The notes under the pieces are model-generated. The model was not told where the DNA came from. It searched no databases and worked only from the letters and a program-made list of their open reading frames with translations. 64,000 nt of DNA. It comes from Octopus sinensis (Eukaryota). The stretch spans positions 5,642,001-5,706,000 of the forward strand of contig NC_043023.1 of NCBI RefSeq assembly GCF_006345805.1, in the 5' to 3' direction. Of this stretch, positions 38,252-50,398 are shown in pieces; position 1 is the stretch's first letter, and every line of letters starts with the position of its first letter. Position numbers and translations under genes: made by a program.

Positions 38252-39074
38252 TAGCTTAATGATGATAATAACGATAATGGTTTAATAACCATCATCATCA
38301 TCATCGTTTAACGTCCGCTTTCCATGCTAGCATGAGTTGGACGATTTGACTGAGGTCTGGCGAATCAGACTCCAATCTGATCTGGCAGAGTTTCTACAGC
38401 TGGATGCCCTCTCTAATGCCAACCACTCCGAGAGTGTAGTGGGTGCTTTTACGTGCCACCAGCACAAGGGCAGTTAGGTGGTGCTTTTTATGATGATGAT
38501 AATAATAATAATAATAACAATAGTCCTGATGCAGTACCAGGCAGTGGTTCTCATGGCTTCTGATCTTAACTGATTGGAAGTGTTATCATGTACATTGTTT
38601 TGTCTTGGTATAAAAGATGGGTTACAGCAAATATTCTGCTCAATACCACAGATTTGCTTGTCAGTTGTTTGACCTTAACCAGTTGCGTATGTCCCTTAGT
38701 GGCTGACTATATGTGCATCTCTGATCATGAGCAGAAGTAGAGGAGGAGCGTCATAGCCATGTGTTTAGAGGGATTCTTTGAGGTTTGGATAATTCACCTT
38801 TGGAAACATGGATGGTTCGTTCAACATCCTTAAACAATTCTTATTCAGGGACCTTTTGAGTGTGATGGGTCACTCAACCAGAAGAAAATTCTAACTAGGC
38901 CCCACCTGCAAGGTCATGCGCTGTTAATCTTGATATGAGATCACGTTGTGTGCATATGGTTGTGATGCATGTGCCTGGTGTACACTTATCAGACGGGTAG
39001 TCATGATGGGTATACTGGGCTTCGTATATTTGTACCCTAGTGTCACTTTGATGGCATGCACTGCTCTCCCACTC

Positions 39075-39123
<49 letters not shown>

Positions 39124-39619
39124 GTCAAGACGAAGAGCGCGATTTGATTGTAAGATATTTTAATAGTTGAATGATATTTCAACAGTACATCTGTCTTTGT
39201 CAAGTTCAATATAAGAACTGATAAAAATTCAAAATTATAGAAATTTAAACGTAAAGTATGAACGAGAGCAACCAGTGTCCACACGCTGATGGAATGACAT
39301 CATCAGTTTTTAAGTTACAATTTATAATAGTAATAATAATAATAATAATAATAATATAATAATAATAATAATAATGATAAAACAATAAGAAGAATGCGAC
39401 TGGTATCAAATGAACAATACTTCGACATTTCGTGTGTCTTCCCCAAGTTGAAAATAAACATCTCAATCTACTTCGTTTTGGTAATATTTGAAGAATTGAT
39501 GTTACTCCTCCAAAAGAAAAAACAATAAGAAGAGTGCGACTGTTATTGAATGAACACCATTTCGAAATGAGTTGTTATTTTGAACTTGTGGAAGACACAC
39601 AAGATGTCGAAACCCCAAA

Positions 39620-39899
39620 GAGATACCAGGAAACCCCAAAATGGCAGAAATTCAAAAGATAGTGCTCATGGGAACTGCTCATATCCTACGCAAAATATTT
39701 TCTATGTAATCTCAAGTTTTTAAACAAACAATTTTCGTTTTTTTTTTTTAGACGTTCACTAGTACAACACTAAATACAAAACCAAATAAATGGCACACTA
39801 GGCATAACAACAACACGAACTTCCAACCTGTTGTCTCTTGAGGTCTCTGGGTGAGACTTGGAGCCAACTTGTACAAATATAAAGCAAAAGTCAAACATA

Positions 39900-39900
<1 letters not shown>
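39620..39900 (+). mobile_element. R4/Dong-like LINE 3' end
   Basis: IPGNPKMAEIQKIVLMGTAHILRKIFSM* (QK..L.GTA.ILRK C-terminal motif) followed by 3' UTR and (AAT)n. Confidence 0.7.
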
Positions 39901-39959
<59 letters not shown>

Positions 39960-39969
39960 TAATAATCAC

Positions 39970-40086
39970 CTTAATGAAACTCTCATTGACATAGGCTCTA
40001 ATCAAGGTGTGAGCAGTGAAATATTCTGGGGCACAGCAGCCATAGGCTACAGAAGCCAAGCATAGGACTATAGCAAACCTCAACAT
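39970..40086 (-). CDS. Ependymin-related secreted protein, exon 1
   Basis: ATG at 40086; MLRFAIVLCLASVAYG signal peptide then CCAP motif; ends AAG|gtgatt in phase 0. Confidence 0.85.
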
Positions 40087-40142
40087 GTTGGTGTGTGTAC
40101 GTACGTGATAGGAGAACAATCTGGAAAACAGGACTACCTTCA

Positions 40143-40149
40143 CTTTATA
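40143..40149 (-). promoter_or_regulatory. Candidate TATA box (TATAAAG) of the ependymin-related gene
   Basis: TATAAAG on the - strand about 57 nt upstream of the ATG. Confidence 0.4.
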
Positions 40150-40284
40150 ATATAACACCCATGCTGTCTCTCTCTCCCTTCTCCCCCACCTTTATCCACT
40201 GATGACTTCATCCCTCTCTTCACCCCTCATCTTACCCACAACCACCTCCACCACCACCACCATCACTGTCACCAACTACTTCCG

Positions 40285-40391
40285 TATGTGTGCGTGCGTG
40301 TGTGTGTGTGTGTATGTGTGTGTGTGAATATATATATATATTTATATAGATATGTATATGTATATATACATATATATGTTTCTCTCTCTAT

Positions 40392-40422
<31 letters not shown>

Positions 40423-40788
40423 TATATATATATATTTATGTATATATGTATGTATATATACATATATATATGTATGTATGTAAATATATATGTATATGTA
40501 GATATATGTATATATATGTGTATGTATATAATATATGCATATATATGTATATATATATGTGTGTGTGTATATATAGATATAGATATATAAATACATATAT
40601 ATATACATATACATATATACATATATATATATATAATATATATATATATATATGTATATATAGATATATATATATATAATATATATATGTATATATATAT
40701 ATGTATATATATATATAAATATATATATATATCTATATTATATAGATATGTATATGTATGTATGTATATATACATATATATACATGTT

Positions 40789-40821
<33 letters not shown>

Positions 40822-41140
40822 GTGTATATATATGCATATATGTGTGTTGTATATAATATATATATATATACATATGTACGTATATGTAGATATATGTATA
40901 TATATGTGTATGTATATACATATATGCATATATAAGTATATATATATGTGTGTGTATATATAGATATAGATATATAAATACATATATATACATATACATA
41001 TATATATGTATATATATATATATGTATATACATATATGCATATATATGTATATATATATGTGTATAGATATATAAATACATATATATATATATGCACACA
41101 CACAATATACATATGTACACACACACACACACAGATATAC
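40285..41140. repeat. Long degenerate (TA)/(TATG) microsatellite
   Basis: Direct inspection. Similar tracts at about 12900-13147, 16085-16640, 52430-52710, 58625-58880 and 61250-61645. Confidence 0.95.
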
Positions 41141-41465
41141 ACTGTCTTATGTAGATAACTGTACTCCTCCACAAACATAGATTGTAAGAGATAGACAGAT
41201 AAAGAGAGGGGGGGGAAGTGAGTGATATGATGTGTGTGTGTGTGTGTGTGTATGTGTGTGTGTGTGTGTGTGTGTGTCTAGATAAGATTAAGTTTCTCTA
41301 GGCTTCGTGCTCCCTCCTGGGTATCATACCATATGTTAATGTGAGGATAGTATGGTTGTTCTGTAAGATGAGTACAGCATGTACTAATAGTGGCCGAAAT
41401 GGCCCTGGGCTGAAACAAAGTGTATATATATATACACACAAACACACATATATATACACACATAC

Positions 41466-41498
<33 letters not shown>

Positions 41499-41740
41499 AT
41501 ATATATATATATATATCATCATCATCATCATCATCATCGTTTAACGTCCGCTTTCCATGCTAGCATGGGTTGGACGGTTCAACTGGGGTCTGGCAAGCCC
41601 GAAGGCTACACCAGGCCAGTCAGAAACACTGCCAGATCTGACTGGCCTGGTGTAGCCTTCGGGCTTGCCAGAACCCCAGTTGAACCGTCCAACCCATGCT
41701 AGCATGGAAAGTGGACGTTAAACGATGATGATGATGATGA

Positions 41741-41779
<39 letters not shown>

Positions 41780-42012
41780 CACACACACAATAATAAAGGG
41801 TAAAATTAATTAATTAATTAATAATAATTTTACCAAGTAGTTTGTTATGTTAAAAGAACTGTTATTGGTAAACTTATACATAAAATTTTTACTAACCATT
41901 TCATTGTCTTATAGTAGTGAAATGGTTAGTTTTAACAACTATTTCTAAATTTCGGTATGTGGTGAAGCAAATTTTGCTGAACCCTAATTATGAACTCATA
42001 ATTATAAAATTT

Positions 42013-42050
<38 letters not shown>

Positions 42051-42300
42051 AACAGCAGTGCCCCAGCATGGCCACAGCTCTGAGGTGAAGCTACAGAAAA
42101 AAAATATATATATAGGCAGAGTGTGACTGTATTAAGAAGCTTGCTTCCCAACCACATGGTTCTGGGTTCAGTCCCACTGCATGGCACCTTAGGCAAGTGT
42201 CTTCTACTATAGTCTCAGGCTGACCAAAGCCTTGTGAGTGGATTTGGTAGATGGAAACTGAAAGAAGCCAGTCGTATGTATATATGCATATATAAATATA

Positions 42301-42345
<45 letters not shown>

Positions 42346-42350
42346 TATAA

Positions 42351-42383
<33 letters not shown>

Positions 42384-42704
42384 ATAATTTAGAGAAAAAC
42401 CTCTATTAAACAATTCAATAATGAAAGATCTTATTCACACCACATAGAAAACATATACTATAAAAACCGTATTCTAAAAATCAATAAAGTTTTTATTTTA
42501 AGAAATATTGTTAAATGTTTTTCGATTATTTATAGTCAATACACGTATTTTTCTATATTTATTTGATAATTAGTATAAGTTAAGACAAGTACATTTATTC
42601 TTTTATTATTATTTTATTATTATTATTATTATTATTTTAGACCTGATGAGTGACTATATTTTTAAATAGAATTAAGTTTAGATAGATTTGATTTTATTGA
42701 CTAC

Positions 42705-43447
42705 ACAGTATAGTAGGGTCAGTTGGGCACCATCTGTGAGAAAAACAGTACCCTGACACAATTCACTCTGCCAGAAATTTGGAAACAACATGCTGTATTG
42801 CTTGGCATTCATGCTGGAGGCTCCAATACGAACATTTCAGGATGTTTGGGTGTCAATCTGAGTGTTTGCCATGTCCCCACAACATGTACCGAGAGTGATA
42901 AAAATCAAACATCCAGTTGACATCTTAGTGTTTGGAGTGATCACCAGTGAAGGTGACGTTATGCCTCCATTCATCTTCCCACAGACTCAACACAGAGGCC
43001 TACATCAAGTGCTTGGTGGAGGTAGGGCTGCCCTGGGTGAAGAGGAAAACCCAGTCGTGGCTGTCAGACAATTTCTGGAACCACATCACCCCTAACATCA
43101 GGCCACCTAATTTCCCAGACTGCAACCCCCTTGACTATCATATATGTGGGGCACAGTTGAGCGAGAGACCAACAAAACTCCTTGAAACACCAAAGATGAA
43201 CTGAAGGCAAGGATTATGGCAGCATTCACCAACTGAAACAAGGAGACCGTCCAGAAGAGTTGTAAGAGATTCCAAAATCGTCCAGAGACCGTGGTTGAAG
43301 CCAATGGGGATTTTACTAAATAGATTTACTTTTTAGCATTTCAAGATATATTTATGTTATTTTGGTAAGCATGTCTGTTAAAATGAGATGTCAGTGTTAT
43401 TTTCATTTTTGCGTAATTTAGACGATAATATATTCCCCACACACTGT
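42705..43447 (+). mobile_element. Deleted Tc1/mariner element of maT (DD37D)-like type
   Basis: VFGVITSEGDVMPPFIFP and PPNFPDCNPLDY motifs; ends ...acactg-TA. Confidence 0.7.
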
Positions 43448-43919
43448 AAATATATTCTTTTACTTGTTTCAGTCATTTGACTGTGGCCATGCCGGAGCAC
43501 TACCTTTAGTCGAACAAATTAATCCCAGGACTTATTCTTTGTAAGCCTAGTATATACTCTATCGGTTTATTTTACTGAACCACTAAGTTACAGAGGACAT
43601 AAACGCACCAGCATCAGTTGTCAAGCAATGTTGGAGGGACAAACACAGACACACAAACACATACACACACACACACATGATGGACTTCTTTCAGTTTCCG
43701 TCTTCCATATCCACTCACAAGGCTTTGGTTGGCCTGAGGCTATAGTTGAAGCCACTTGTCCAAGGTGCCATGCAGTGGGACTGAACCTGAAACCATGTGA
43801 TTGGTAAGCAAGCTACTTACCACACAGCCATGTATATACATCTCCTCAGTAGTTCATATATCTGAGAAAGAAGCATTCTTTAAGGCATTAGACCAGTAAA
43901 ATATTTTTTAGGAAGTGAA

Positions 43920-44116
43920 TTATTATGGCTGGTCATAAATGACCATTGGTTTTGCACCAATAATGCACTTAGCAGTATAGGTCACTCTCCAGACCGAAAT
44001 GGCTGAAAGCACATAACGTTTTGTAGTACCTTAAGCCATTTGTGCCTAACAAGTCGTCTATACCGCTAAGCGCTTTATTGTGCAAAACCAGTGGTCATTC
44101 TATGACTGACCATAAC
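43920..44116. repeat. Inverted pair of decayed hammerhead units
   Basis: About 60-70 bp arms, each ending (G>A)AAA cca(a/g)tg GTC; cores decayed to CTGGAGA and CTAACAA; same family as 60494-60553. Confidence 0.55.
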
Positions 44117-44649
44117 TTTTGATTTCTTAAAATATGTATATGTGTATATATATATGTATATGAAATCGAAATCGAAATCAAATTCGATGACTGGCATCTG
44201 TTGCTAGTGGAGCGCTAAGAGTATCATACGAGTGAGATCGTTGCCAGAGCAACAAGCTGGCTCCATGCCAGTGGCACGTTAAAAACACCATTCAAGTGTT
44301 AATCGTTACCTGCGTTACCTTACTAGCACTTGTGCTGGTGGCATGTGAAAAACATTCGAGTGAGGTCATTGCCAGTGCCGCTGGAGTGGCTCCTGTGCAG
44401 GTGGCACACAAAAAGCACCATTTGAGCATGGCCGTTGACAGTACTGCCAGACTTGTCCTCGTGCCAGTGGCACATAAAAGCATCCACTACACACTCTCTG
44501 AGTGGTTGGCATTAGGAAGGGCATCCAGCTGTAGAAACTCTGCCAGATCAAATTGGAGCCTGAGGCAGCCGCCGTCTGGTTTGCCAGACCTCAGTCAAAT
44601 CGTCCAACCCATGCTAGCATGGAAAGCAGACGTTAAACGATGATGATGA

Positions 44650-44694
<45 letters not shown>

Positions 44695-44723
44695 CATGTG
44701 TGTGTGTGTGTGTGTGTGTTGTA

Positions 44724-45490
44724 TGAGGGGATGCGGAAAAGTTCCTGGCTTTGGATAAAAGAAAATACAGGAGAATCAGTTAATTATGATTTTATTCAAC
44801 ATACACTTGCGTCGGAAATTAATTAGCACTTCTCAAATTTCTACATTTTCTTACATTTTCTTAATTTAATTAAACTTATTATCAGAAACGAACTCGTTTT
44901 TAATCAAAATTTATTAAAACATATCCAGCACACCACATAATTGTTATTAATCGTGAATTTATTAGTCATATCTTGTTGCACCTCCTTTGGCAGCAATGAC
45001 AGCTGCTATGCGGGTCGGCATGTTGTCTATGAGTGCCTGCAGGTACTGTGCAGGGATGGCCCCTCATGCAGCAAGAAGTGCCCCAAACAGCTGTGTCGGT
45101 TCCTGTATTGCTGCACATTCAAATCCCTACCCAATCGACTCCAGAGGTTCTCAATAGGGTTCAGGTCAGATACCAAAGAGGTATCCCGTACTATCTCAAT
45201 GTACTTTGCTGCGTTGATGTTGCCTTCGACGGCATAGAGCCGCCCAACACCACTGTAGCTGAACGCCCCTCACACCATCAGACCACTTCCACCATGCTTC
45301 ATGGTGAGCAAATCAAGGGTGCTAATTAATTTCTGACGGTAGTGTATTCCCTTCTCAAATTCACTCACTTATTGCAGCAGTCCTTCAGTTATTCTAAGCC
45401 CTGTAAAAGAACTTGGAAGGTTGAGGCTCTGACCGGGCCTTTCATCTTTTCATGATGCCCTAAAAGCCAGGAACTTTTCACCACCCCTCA
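44724..45490. mobile_element. Mariner-type MITE hosting a nested Tc1 derivative (44804-45344)
   Basis: Outer TIRs tgagggg..gaaaagttcctggcttt / aaagccaggaacttttc..cccctca; inner TIRs cact..cgtcggaaattaattagcac / gtgctaattaatttctgacggtagtg; both with TA TSDs. Confidence 0.85.
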
Positions 45491-45981
45491 TATATATATA
45501 TATTGCTTCCACCTCTCTCTCTTCTCTCCCCATGTGACCGGTATTCGGCCAAGCCTGACCGTTCTTTCTTGGTTCGACTACCATCCATGCAACATCTATA
45601 TTCCTCCCCATGCCTGTCATCTCTTGTGTCCCTGCCATAAGGCTTCACTTCCACACACGCCAGTTTAATTTAATTCATCCTCAGTCGAAAGACACCTGTT
45701 GTTAATGTCCTGTTATTTGTATTTGTATTTGTGTATCATTTCTCCGTTCTTTTCCTTCCTTGTTTTTGTATACATTCACTGCTTTCTTCCAAGGAATCTA
45801 ATGCTCTTAGCTTACTTTTTCCTTGTAGCTGGCCAGATTGGAGCAATCTTGAGTATAACCAGGCGAAATTGCAAAAAAAATCTGAAACTTGACTGAAGAA
45901 AGAAAACTCTGAATGACCAACCATTGTTTTCTTTGTATTGTCTGTCTGAATGTTTTGCTTTCTTGTCCCATTTTTGTATTT

Positions 45982-46019
<38 letters not shown>

Positions 46020-46944
46020 CATATGGCTTGCTTACCAACCACATGGTTGCGGGTTCAGTCCCACTGTGTGGCACCTTGGTCAAGTGTCTTCTACTATAGC
46101 CTCGGGCCGACCAAAGCTTTGTGAGTGGATTTGGTAGACGGAAACTGAAAAGAAGCCCGTTGTATATATGTATATGTATATACATTTGTGTGTGTGTTTG
46201 TGTGTCTGTGTTTATCTCCCTCCCCCAACATCACTTGACAACCGATGCTGGTGTGTTTACGTCCCCATAACTTAGCGGTTCGGCAAAAAAGACAGAAAGA
46301 ATAAGTACTAGGCTTACAAAGAATAAGTCCTGGGGTCAGTTTGCTTGACTAAAGGCGATGCTCCAGCATGGCCACAGTCAAATGACTGAAACAAGTAAAA
46401 GAGTATATAAATATTATATCATCATCATCATCATCATCGTCGTTTAACGTCCGTTCTCCATGCTAGCATGGGTTGGACGGTTCGACCGGGGTTCTGGGAA
46501 GCCAGAAGGCTGCACCAGGCTCCAGTCTAATTTGGCAATGTTTCTACAGCTGGATGCCCTTCCTAACGCCAACCACTCCGTGAGTGTAGTGGGTGCTTTT
46601 TACGTGCCACCTGCATATATATTATACACACATACCCACACACACACATGTATGTAAGCCTTTATATATACTGGTATGTATTTTGTGTGGTAGTTGAATT
46701 CTACCTCTGAAGGGTGAAATAATTTGTTGCAGAGAACCTTAAGTATATTCATCCCCTGTAAATAAATGACTCCTTCATTTATCACCCAAGGAGGAACAAA
46801 AGACAAAGATGACCAGGATAGGATTTAGGGATTAGAAGATTCCCTAAATACAGCAGGAGACTTTACCTCTATGTGGTACCTTCCTATAATATACTACAAG
46901 CTATTCTTGTCCAGTACCCCACCTGTTGTATATTTTAAAAATTG

Positions 46945-47660
46945 TTGTCGTCATTTAGCCCCAGGTCAGTCCTAATCCAGCAGACCTATGATCAGAGATG
47001 GTCCAGCTGTGACCATTCTATCTATTATTCAGACAGTGTATGTAGGACTATATTGTACTAATGTATAAAATAGTAGTTAGTATTAGCAGCTATAGTTGCT
47101 GTTGTTTAACCCTTGGTCAGTTCTGATCCTGCAGACCTATGATCAAAGTCGTTCCAGCTATGACCATCCCATCTTTTATTTAAGCATAGAGTATCTAGGA
47201 CTACATTATCTAATGTATAACATAGTAATATTAGTGACTATAGATTTTGTTCAGCCCTAGGTTAGACCTGATCCAGCTGACCTATGATCAAAGCTGTTCC
47301 AGGTGTGACCATGACATCTTTTATTCAGACATAGTGTATCTAGGACTACATTATCTAATGTACAGTATAGTAGATAGTATTAGTTGCTATAGTTGTTGTT
47401 TAACCCCAAGTCAGTCTTGATCCAACAGACCTATGATCAAAAGTGTTCCATCTGTGGCCATCCATCTTTTATAGACACAGTTTATCTAGGACTACAGTAT
47501 TTAATGTATAATATAATAGTTGGTAATCGTGGCCATAGTTGTTGCTCAGCACCAGGTCAGTTCTGATCTAGAAGACCTATAATTGACATAGTTCAAGATG
47601 TGACTCTCCTATCTTTTACATGCCACAGTCCATCTTGGACTAAACGTTGTAATGTACATT
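46945..47660. repeat. About 120-bp minisatellite array (about 6 units)
   Basis: Same unit as 6835-8390. Confidence 0.9.
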
Positions 47661-48073
47661 TCCCTTTCAAGCATATCGTTTGAAAGATATTGAGCCATTA
47701 TGATTGCAGGTGAAGTAACCATGTAGAGGCTTCCTTGTTAGCACATGGCTGTGTCAGCATATAACCCTGTTCGTTTCAGTAGTGGTGGTCGTAGTGGGGA
47801 GAGATATGATTGCACTGGTTATGGAAGCGATGACAGTGATAGCAGAGCTTGTGGGTGGAGGCTGTGGTGGCAGTAGGGAGTGTGGTAGCAATGATAAGAT
47901 CTAGGGTGAGAACCTAGTCACCTGGATGGTAAACGACACACACACAAACACACACACACCGACATATGTATACACACACATATATATATATATATACATG
48001 TAAATATATACATTTATGCAGATACATACATGTATACATACATACATACATAATACATACATACATCATACAT

Positions 48074-48108
<35 letters not shown>

Positions 48109-48116
48109 TACAGATA

Positions 48117-48154
<38 letters not shown>

Positions 48155-48609
48155 CGTATGTATATATATATATATATGCGTATGTATATATATATATATA
48201 TATATTTGTGTGTGTGTGTGTGTGTATTTTTTTCTGAATTTGTATGAGTGTGTATAGACTAATATATCAGTTGATTAAAGTTAAAACATGGTCTGGCTTT
48301 CTCATTTTATATTTTTTGGTATTTTAACATTAAAATAATATTTTGTAATGCTCATAAAGTTCAATTAGTGCTTTCTTATGTTTGTAGTGACCGTCAGATT
48401 TCAAAATGTATTTAACTGAGATCTTGACATCTGTAGTACCTCTTAGAACATTCCAACAAGCTGAATTTTCGGAATATGGTTTTGACCAATCTGCATGCAG
48501 CTTAAACATCATGGTTTGTTTGACACACTGATATTCTGTAATTTGTTTAAATTCATATGTTAGAGATATTTATTAATCCACCTCAATAACTGGTTGTTAT
48601 ATAATTGTT

Positions 48610-48980
48610 GTTATTTCCGTTCAGAACAGGTTTGAACATTTTAATAAACCGTTTTTCTTTTATCTTTCTTCCAACCTCACTTGTGTCTTGTAGTTTGTGG
48701 AAAGGAAAAATTAGAAACGTTTTCTGACCACCTGTCTCTATACATTCGCTCAATGGAATTTGGCAAACATTGGTGTTCTGGATTTGTTGTCTGTGAACTT
48801 GTGAGCATTCTGATTATGCACTCCCTGTCTCGCCTATATATAATTCCTCACAATTCGGGCATTTAATGCAGTAGATCAAATTTCTGCTTTTGCAGTTCAT
48901 ATCTGCATTTGCAAAAATCTGTCCATTTTTTTATTCTAATGGATCTACCAGCATGTATTCAGACATTCCACCTCTGCTAT
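48610..48980 (-). mobile_element. Penelope-like element GIY-YIG endonuclease relic
   Basis: MNCKSRNLIYCIKCPNCEELYIGETG...VHRQQI...FLIFPFHKL...KEKRFIKMFKPVLN, with stops and frameshifts. Confidence 0.85.
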
Positions 48981-49646
48981 CATTCTTTTCTACTCTGGGT
49001 ACAAGGCCTGAAATTTTGGGGGAGGGCACCAGTCGATTAGATTGACCCCAGTATGCAACAAGTACTTAATTTATTGACCCCAAAAGGATGAAAGGCAAAG
49101 TCAACCTTGGCAGAATTTGAACTCAGAACATAAAGACAGATAATTATATTATATTATATTATATTATATAATAGATAAGTATAATTCTCTCCCTGACAAC
49201 AAACTGCAGTTTCTGCGGTATTTTGCTTGTTGGCACACATGGGTGAGCGAGGAGAAATGTGAGATCTCATTCGTCTGTTTGAATTCAGAAGTACTGGTCT
49301 TTGGATATATGCTATTCGATGGAGCTTGGTCAAATACGTCTGTTAATTATCAGTGCTCTCAAATTTAAAATTTGAAATACTGTACTGAAGAAGGGAATAA
49401 GTGAATAGAAATATGATTTTACATCTCTTTAACCTGAAACGTGTATACAGTTAATCAAAGTCGGGTGGATACGTTTTTTTTTCTCTTAACCTGCGTGAGT
49501 TGTTAAGTATTGTTGTCTGAGAGATATCTTATGGTAGTAGAATAGTATTTTAACTGCTATTTCTAAATTTCTGTATGTGGTGAAGCAAATTTTGCTGAAC
49601 CCTAATTATAATTACGCTCATAATTATAGAATTTTTATATATAGAT

Positions 49647-49711
<65 letters not shown>

Positions 49712-49979
49712 GAGATCACATGAAAGCGTGTGGCCTAGTGGTTAGGCTGTTGCACTCATGATCACTAGATCATGGGTTCGATTCCCTGACAGGGTGGCAC
49801 ATTGTGTTCTTGAGCAAACACTTCATTTCGCATTGCTTCAGCTCACCCGTTCCAATCAGTGAGGAATGATGGCCTGCTCACCTAGCTAGTAGGGTGGCAT
49901 CATTCAAAGGCTAGAACAGTGCAAAAAAGCATTGTGACCAGCAATGTGTAACAGCATCTTATAGCCTGGTCAGTCACAT

Positions 49980-50015
<36 letters not shown>

Positions 50016-50019
<4 letters not shown>

Positions 50020-50273
50020 GATAAAACGGTAAGATAACAAAAGAAAGAAAGAGACCTCAATATTATGTAAATAGAGGAAATTATCTATACAATATGTTAC
50101 ATTACTCGGTAGTCAAGATAAAACTCTGAGTTTCAGATGCCGAAGTGGAATCCACAACACCATCTCTTCGGTTATCTGGCTAACCGAAGAGATGGTGTTG
50201 TGGATTTCCACTTCGGCATCTGAAACTAGAGTTTTATCTTGACTACCGAGTAATGTAACATATTGTATAGATA
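50016..50273. mobile_element. Hammerhead-bearing pLTR-like repeat with near-perfect palindrome (50082-50273)
   Basis: Same family as 2817-3135; core variant CCGAAGA in both arms. Confidence 0.7.
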
Positions 50274-50362
50274 TAATATAATATATATATATGATAGATC
50301 GTTAGCCACTACACACATTTCTTTTCTCCCTTTTTTTTCTCTCCTTGTTTCTTTCTGTGTTC

Positions 50363-50398
50363 CTTTCTGTAGAAGAGCGTAGGCTCGAAACATAAAAG
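50363..50398 (+). ncRNA. Decayed minimal hammerhead motif
   Basis: cttt CTGTAGA a gagc gtag gctc GAAA cATA aaag; stems I and II perfect, core has one substitution. Confidence 0.45.

Noticed and set aside
40269-41178. 301-aa Tyr/Ile-rich ORF
   Set aside because: (TA)n microsatellite artefact; the same applies to similar ORFs near 16000, 52500, 58600 and 61300.
41278-41463. IWYDT peptide resembling the missing HID1 last exon
   Set aside because: Wrong strand and the flanking residues do not match NVDPP/VKLFEIQ; likely chance. It has a plausible acceptor but no other support.
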